Assembly: GCF_009914755.1 (NCBI RefSeq)
Contig: NC_060925.1
Direction: 5' to 3' (one strand)
From: the human T2T-CHM13v2.0 reference genome, Homo sapiens
DNA length: 64,000 bases
Each line of letters opens with the position of its first letter. Position 1 is the stretch's first letter. The notes below the pieces were generated by a model. That model was not told where the DNA came from and made no database searches. It worked only from the letters and a program-made list of their open reading frames with translations. The position numbers and the translations under genes are program-made. Below are positions 56,851 through 64,000 of this stretch, piece after piece.

Positions 56851-59470
56851 AAAGAAACCTGATATCCATGATACAGGGGCATGTTGAGAGTAAAAACAAG
56901 CATCCAGAGCACTTGCAGAAAATAATCTTACAGGGAAGAGGTCAAGAACTCAGTCATACGCGGTAAGTGGAATTCTCAGTCTGAGAATTGATTCACAAGT
57001 AATGAGCTTGACTGTGAGAGACTTACTTTCCTCTCCAGTCTGTATGTAAGTAGAGATGGTGGCATTATGCATTATTAGCTGTCACTGACTGTGGGTGATT
57101 TCACATACTTGCTGGAGCAAGAATGGAAAAATAGGATACAAGTGTGTGTTTATATCATTCAAGCATTAGCATTAGGAGCCCTGGCACTAAATCCTTCATC
57201 AAATAATAAAATTTAGGACTGTTATTCCACTGCTGCTGTCATCCAAATCAGTCTTTCCATTTTGCTATAGAATTCCAAACAAGCAGTTTTCTTGATTTCA
57301 AATGGTGACATTCAGTACTTCCTAATGAGCTATTTCTGTGGTCTACTATTATTTCCTCTGTCTCCACAATAAACTTTACAAACAGACATCAAAATTTTAT
57401 ATATATTTTTTCAAAAACCATCCATATAAAACAGATGTAAGCTTCCTATCCTTCTTGGCATGGTAAGAAATGTAACTATCTACAGGGAATATAAACAATA
57501 TCAGAAGTTAAGTTCAACTCAACTGATGATTCAAGCTACCAGTCACTTGCTACTCATCCAGAGTTTCAGAGTTCTAGTTTGACAAGATGAAAATGATGAA
57601 AGGAAGATTGATTCTTGTAATTGTAAGGAAAAAAAATACAATTTGTGCTTTGCATAAGTTTATTCAATTTGCTGTGATTGTTTCTACTTTTATGTCATTT
57701 CAATTGCAGTGGAATTTAAGGATATTGTGCCAGATTCAAATCCATCAACTGGAATTTTCCTTTGGTTGCAGATACCTCGCCAGAGGATACACATTACGTA
57801 GTTATTTAATTTTAAAAGGATTTAGTTGGAAAAGATTGTGTAGAATTGTTAGGAAACCAAGTTCAGTGTTATGTACCAAACATTAAATTTATAGCATAAA
57901 GTTGTATGAAAAAATCTCACTAAAATCAGGAGGCAGAATGGTGATATTGAGAGACAAACAATGTTGTAATGAAGGCATTGTAATAGCTGATGTAAATGTG
58001 GCACTGTCATTGTCAGCCTATGTAGTTAAGCTGTAATTGCCATCTAAAAGCTCTCTTGATACTTTACTTTACAAATATCTGCCATAATTTCCTGGAAAGA
58101 AATGTTCTATAATAAACACACAAAGAAGATAGATGTATGACATTCTGTGATGTTATTGCTGAAAATTTTAGGATTTTATTCTCAGTATAAGATTGTCGAC
58201 ATATGTCAAATGAAGATTTGATAAATGAAGATAGCCAAAATGAATGTTTTAGTAACCTAGTCCTCCTAACTGGGTATGCACTCTGAAATAAGCCAGAAGA
58301 GAAACAGCTAATCTCCGTCTTCATACTGTGGGAACAAATCCTTAGGGCATCTCCTGCACTATTATCCACAGTATTGTAGATGAGTCCATGACAACCACAC
58401 AAGTTTAGTAGCTGGAAAAAAAAAATAAAGAACACCACCAGTCATGCCTTTGGGACATTGGCACAACACTATTCTCAGAACTAACCACAGTGGAATTTGA
58501 AGGAATATATTGTGAATGTTCTTGTCCACAAATGAAGTTCAGAAATGTTGCTGTTTTATGAGTTTTCTAAAAAAAAAAAAAACAAAACAAACAAAAAACC
58601 TTAAATTTAGCTACTCCACAACTTTTATTTTAGTGAGAAGATGAGGCATTTTCATCAATATATTTTTAAAATTATATTAATTTCACTTCATAAAAATATA
58701 TTTGTACCATTTCTTTCTAATAGCTAATATTCTTGAAACTAAAATGTACTTTACATGTAACTATTACTGCACTGCATGGTTCTATATTCAGTGATACATG
58801 TAATGTAACCACCTCTGCTTCCGTAGGAAAATAATTTCAGAGGAAAAAAAAACACATGAAAGAAATTATCAAGGACATAAGGACATAAAAAGAGAACCAA
58901 TAAAATCCCAGGCACAACTAATTACTCGAGGAGTAAAATTATGATGATTATTCCCTAATGCAACATGCTTATTTTTTTCATGAACAATTTGTGTTTTAAT
59001 GAAAAGAGACATTATTTATAGCAGACATTAGACTAGAGTTGAATATGTACTTTAAACACTCTCAGTTGCTCCTTAATTTTGAATGTACTGCTTTATGCAG
59101 CTGAGTGTTTTTTCCTGTTTTCCCAATGTCTGCAATTCTAGTACATTTGAAGATCTTAATTCAGATGTATATACTATTTAATATTGCTTGTAAAGTTTAG
59201 TATTTCAAGATTCAAATATTGTTTACAAAGAAAATTAAAAAAGAAATATTAATCATTTAAAGATTATTGTAAAATCTCTGACTTTAAAATCTTAATAAGT
59301 AAAATGTTAGTAGGTATTAGTATAAAATAACTTTTATATCTTTTGGACTTAGCATCCAGCATTTCTTTTCTACAAAAGAAAACAGTTCGTCTCTTGTGAT
59401 GTAGTCTGATTATTTGGGTTTTGAAAATGGATGTTTTCTAAGTATGCAAAGACAAATGAAATGGTTCTAA

Positions 59471-59898
<428 letters not shown>

Positions 59899-60226
59899 CA
59901 ATCTCAGAATATTTCTAAGAACTAACCATTGAGCTTAAAGGAGAAAATAATTTTAAGTAAGATTAAACTTTCTAATTACCCAGATTATGGTTTTGTCTTT
60001 CCTAGGGCATTCAATGGATGTAGAGAGCAGTAAGTTCTTCCCAGTAAGTTCTTCCCTTTCATTTGAGTAATAAGTTCTTGTTCTTAACTTATATCACCCA
60101 AAATGAACTTTAATTTTGATCATCAAGTACATCATTATCACTGGACATTTTAGCTTCTATTTTAAATTTTAAAATAACTTTGTAACTAAGAATGTATTAT
60201 TTATTCTGATATATATTAAACATTAT

Positions 60227-62183
60227 ATATTACTTTTTATTTTTTATTTTTATGGGTACATAGTAGGTGTATATATTTATGGGCTACATGAGATGTTTTG
60301 ATACAAGCATGCAATGTCCAATAATCACACCATGGAGAATGGGGCATCCATTCCCTCAAGTGTTTATCCTTTGTGTTACTAACAATCTAATTATATTCTT
60401 TTAGTTATTTTAAAACATACAATTAAGTTATTATTTGAATATATTCACCCTGTTGTGCTATCAAATACTAGGTCTTATTCATTCATTCTACTTTTATTGT
60501 ACCTCTTAACTATCCCCACCTCCTCCCTGCGCCCCCATTCGCCCACTGCCCTTCCTAGTTTCTAGTAACTATTCTTCTACTCTTTATGACCATAAGTTCA
60601 TTTGTTTATTTTCAGATCCCAAAAATAAGGGAGAACATGCGATGTTTGTTTTTCTGAGCCCGGCTTTTATCAATAAATATAATGATCTCCGGTTCCTTCC
60701 ATGTTGTTGCACGTGACAAGATCTCATTCTTGTTTATGGCAGAATAGTACTCCATTGTGTATACATATCCCATTTTCTTTATCCATTTATCTACTAATGG
60801 ACACTTAGGTTGCTTCCAAATCTTGGTTATTGTGAACAGTGATGCACCAAATATGAGAATGCTGATATCCCCTCAATATACTGATTATTTTCTTTTGCGT
60901 GTATACCCAGCAGTGGGATTGCTGGATCATATTGTAGCTCAATTTTCAGTTTTCTGAGGAACCTCCAAAATGTTCTTCATAATTGTTATACTGATTTGCA
61001 TTCCCACCAATAGTGGGTAAGTATTCCCTTTTCTCCATATCTTCACCGGCATTTTTATTGCCTGCCATTTGGATATAAGCCATTTTAAGTGAGTGAGATA
61101 TCTCCTTATAGTTTTGACTTGTATGTCTCTGAAGATAAATGATGTTGAGCACCTTTTCATATACCAGTGAAATGGTTAGGCTTTGTGTCCCTACCCACAT
61201 CTCATCTTGAACTGTAATGCCTATAATCTCCATAATCCCCATGTGTCAAGGGAGAGACCAGGTGGAGGTAATTTAATCATAGGGGTGGTTTCCCCCATGC
61301 TGTTCTCATGATAGTGAGTGAGTTCTCACGAGATCTGATGGTTTTATAAGGAACTCTTCCCCCTTTGCAAGCACTTCTCTTTCCTGCTGCCTTGTGAAGA
61401 AGGTACTTGATTCTCCTTCACCTTCCCCCATGACTGTGAGTTTCCTGAGGCCTCCCCAGCCATGCTGAACTGTGGGTCAATTAAACCCCTTTCCTTTGTG
61501 AATTACCCAGTCTCTGGCAGTTCTTTATGGTACTATGAAAATGGACTAATATAGCCAGTGTCCATTCATATTTCTTCTTTTGAGAAATGCCTATTCAAGT
61601 ATTTTGCCCATTTTTTGATCTAATTCTGAGTTAGTATCTTTATTTTATTTTATTTTATTTTATTTTCCTATAGTTGTTTGACCTCCTTATATTTCTGGTC
61701 ATTAATCCCTTGTAAGGTTGGTAGTTTGGAAACATTTTCTCCCATTCTATGGGTTATCTCTTCTTTTTGTTGATTGTTTTCTTTGCTGTGCAGAGCTTTT
61801 TAATTTGGTGTGATCCCATGTGTACACTTGTGCTTTGGTTGCCTGTGGTTGTGGAGTATTGCTCAATAAATATTTCCCCAGACCAATGTATTTGAGATTT
61901 TCACCAATGTTTTCTTGTAGTAGTTTCATAGTTTGAGATGTTAGGTTTAAGCCTTTGATCCATTTTGATTTGAATATTTGTATATGGTGAGAGATAGGGG
62001 CATAGTTTTACTCTTCTGCATATGGATATCCAGTTTTTCCAACACCATTTATTAAAGAGATCGTCTTTTCCTCAGCATTTATTCTTAGTACCTTTGTCAA
62101 AAATAAGTTCATTTTAGGTGTGTGGATTTGTTTTTGGGTTCTCTATTCTGTTCCACTGGTTTAGATGTCTGTTTTTATGCCAG
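60227..62183 (-). mobile_element. 5'-truncated L1MA-class LINE-1 with TSD, interrupted by THE1
   Basis: tatgggtacatagtaggtgtatatatttatggg... L1MA 3' end; ORF2 relics; TSD TAAACATTAT at 60217-60226 and 62184-62193. Confidence 0.9.
61168..61553 (+). mobile_element. THE1 (D/C-like) solo LTR nested in L1MA
   Basis: tgaaatggttaggctttgtgtccctacccacatctcatcttgaactgtaat...atggactaatata; TSD ACCAG/GCCAG. Confidence 0.92.
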
Positions 62184-62319
62184 TAAACATTATTTTTCAA
62201 AACTAATTACAAATATATCATGTTCATTGCTGCTTCTTTTTTCTCTATGTAGAAATCTTTATTGAAAGATTGGCTTCTTGCCACCTATTTTTTTCTAGTT
62301 ATTTCATACTTTTATTTCT

Positions 62320-63146
62320 AAATTTTTTAAATAATTTCAACTTTTATTTTAGATTCAGGGTGTATATGTGCAGGTTAGTTACATGCTTATGTTGCATGAT
62401 GCTGAGGTTTGGGATACCAATGATTCTATCATCCTGAGAATAACCATAGTACCCAACAGCTAGTTTTTCAATAATTGTCCCACATCCTTCCTCCCCACTC
62501 TGTTAGTCCCCAGTGTCTATTGTTGCCATTTTTATGTCCATGAGTACCCAATGTTTATCTTCCATTTATAAGTGAAAATGTGATATTTGGTTTTCTGTTA
62601 GTGTTAATATGCAGACACTTCTCAAAACATACAAGTAACCAACAAACATATGAAAATGTGCTCAACCTCACTAATCATCAGAGAAATGAGAATTAAAACC
62701 AAAATTATAACTTACATCAGTAAGAATGACTATCATTAAAAAGTCCAAATCAACATAGATGCAGGGGAGGCTGTGAAGAAAAGAAAATGCTTATACCCTG
62801 TTGGTGGGAATGTAAATTAGTTAAGCCACTGTGGAAAGCCATCTGGAGATTTCTCAGAGAAGTAAAAACAGAGATACCATTCAACCCAGCAATCTCATTA
62901 GTAGGTGTATATCCAAAGAAATACATAAATCATTTTACCAAAAAAATCATGCAGTCATATGTTTATTGCAGCACTATTCACAATAGAAAATTCATGGAAT
63001 CAACCTAGGTGCCCATTAACGATGGATTGAATAAAGAAAATGTAATAGATATACACCATGGAATACTACACAGCCATATGAAAGAACAAAATTATGCCAT
63101 TTGCAGCAACATGAATGCAGTTAGAGTCCATTATCCTAAGCAAATT
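62320..63146 (-). mobile_element. Twin-primed LINE-1 (L1PA15/16-like): 3' part minus 62320-62608, inverted part plus 62609-63146
   Basis: Reversed 3'UTR (tgcatgatgctgaggtttggg...atagtacccaacag); strand switch at gtgttaat|atgcagacacttctc; plus block ends atcctaagcaaatt, contiguous in the L1 consensus with the start of the minus block. Confidence 0.88.
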
Positions 63147-64000
63147 TCACTGCTTATTGATGATGCCCTTCAACCTATTCATATTGCCACTTCCAAGTAG
63201 TAATTACTTTTCTTGTACATATACTTTTCTTTTTTTTTAACTAAATCTTCTCTGTTCCTTGTAAAGAATATTATTGTTGGCACTCAAAAGTTAGTGAACT
63301 ATACATAATTCACCTGTGGCCTAACTAATTTCTTTAAGAAATCACACTAATTACCCATATACTTAAGTTTTTATTGATGCATTATTTCTAGAGGAAATAA
63401 ATACTGCTAACACGGCATTAGTGAGAGAGTAAAAAAAAAAAAGTATTTTCTCAAAAAGTGCTATCATTTTAGAATAAACTTATACTAAAAACTTCTTTAT
63501 AAACCCTTTACACACTTTTTATTCTGAGACAATTCAAAAAAACTAAAAGAAAAAGGATTATTGTTTATTCATCTTATAAGCCACCCTCTTGAAAAGTTAC
63601 GGCCTTTATAGCCAGTATAATCTGTATTACACTGAGGTAACAGAATAAAAAGCAAATTCCTTCTGTTGGGCCTTGCCTTATCCAGTAATAGTGTTCAGCT
63701 TTGACTTTTTTTGTAGGTCACATAATTGAGTCCAGTATTCTTAAATAACACCTTGTCTTTATATCGATAAGCATTTAAAATATTCGATTTATTGTTACTC
63801 TTGTACCTTCATTGTACTGGAAGAAGAATTTTCTCTCAAAGAAGAATTTTCTCTCTCATTCCATAAAACCCAAGTTGCAGAGAAAAATATGTAGACATTC
63901 AATTGCAGAGAAATGTGTCATTTTCTGTAACTTTAAACTGTATATTGAATGAATTCAGCAATGTTTTCATTTTCATTTTGGCTTTTTGGCAAATATTAAC

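Noticed and set aside
57587-57886. 99-aa plus-strand ORF
   Set aside because: No recognisable homology or exon structure; length is compatible with chance.
60028-63858. Micro tandem duplications (CAGTAAGTTCTTCC x2 at ~60028; GAAGAATTTTCTCTC x2 at ~63823)
   Set aside because: Ordinary slippage duplications.

Overview
Primate (very likely human) nuclear DNA: very AT-rich, CpG-poor and LINE-1-dense, typical of a gene desert or a large intron. I find no supportable host protein-coding exon, RNA gene, CRISPR array or prokaryotic feature. Nearly every long ORF in the track comes from L1, Alu or LTR sequence. The main element is a full-length ~6.0 kb L1PA3-type LINE-1 on the minus strand (24714-30768). 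Its ORF1 and ORF2 are dead (nonsense codons, an ORF1 frameshift, EN D205H), but the 5'UTR promoter motifs are intact and the antisense ORF0 is open and extended to 102 aa. Around it lie about 12 further L1 fragments, 9 Alus, solo LTRs (THE1 x2, MST, MER50-like, MER9/HML-3, MLT1), a MER44 DNA transposon, L2/MIR relics and microsatellites. The most interesting observations are mechanistic. (i) Several L1s carry 3'-transduced tags, including a 91-nt LTR-like transduction with its own AATAAA. (ii) Up to three L1s are twin-primed (inverted). (iii) Three short patches (50-200 bp, about 83-84% identical to sequence 0.8-2 kb away) look like locally templated insertions, two of them beside TA/TG tracts. 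(iv) There is a 256-bp tandem duplication with a mutation cluster that creates a STAT/GAS motif, and a perfect 16-bp hairpin. I do not see evidence for a new biological system; the templated patches and the ORF0/antisense-promoter configuration are the best candidates for follow-up. Subfamily names were recognised from memory of consensus sequences and need Dfam/RepeatMasker confirmation.
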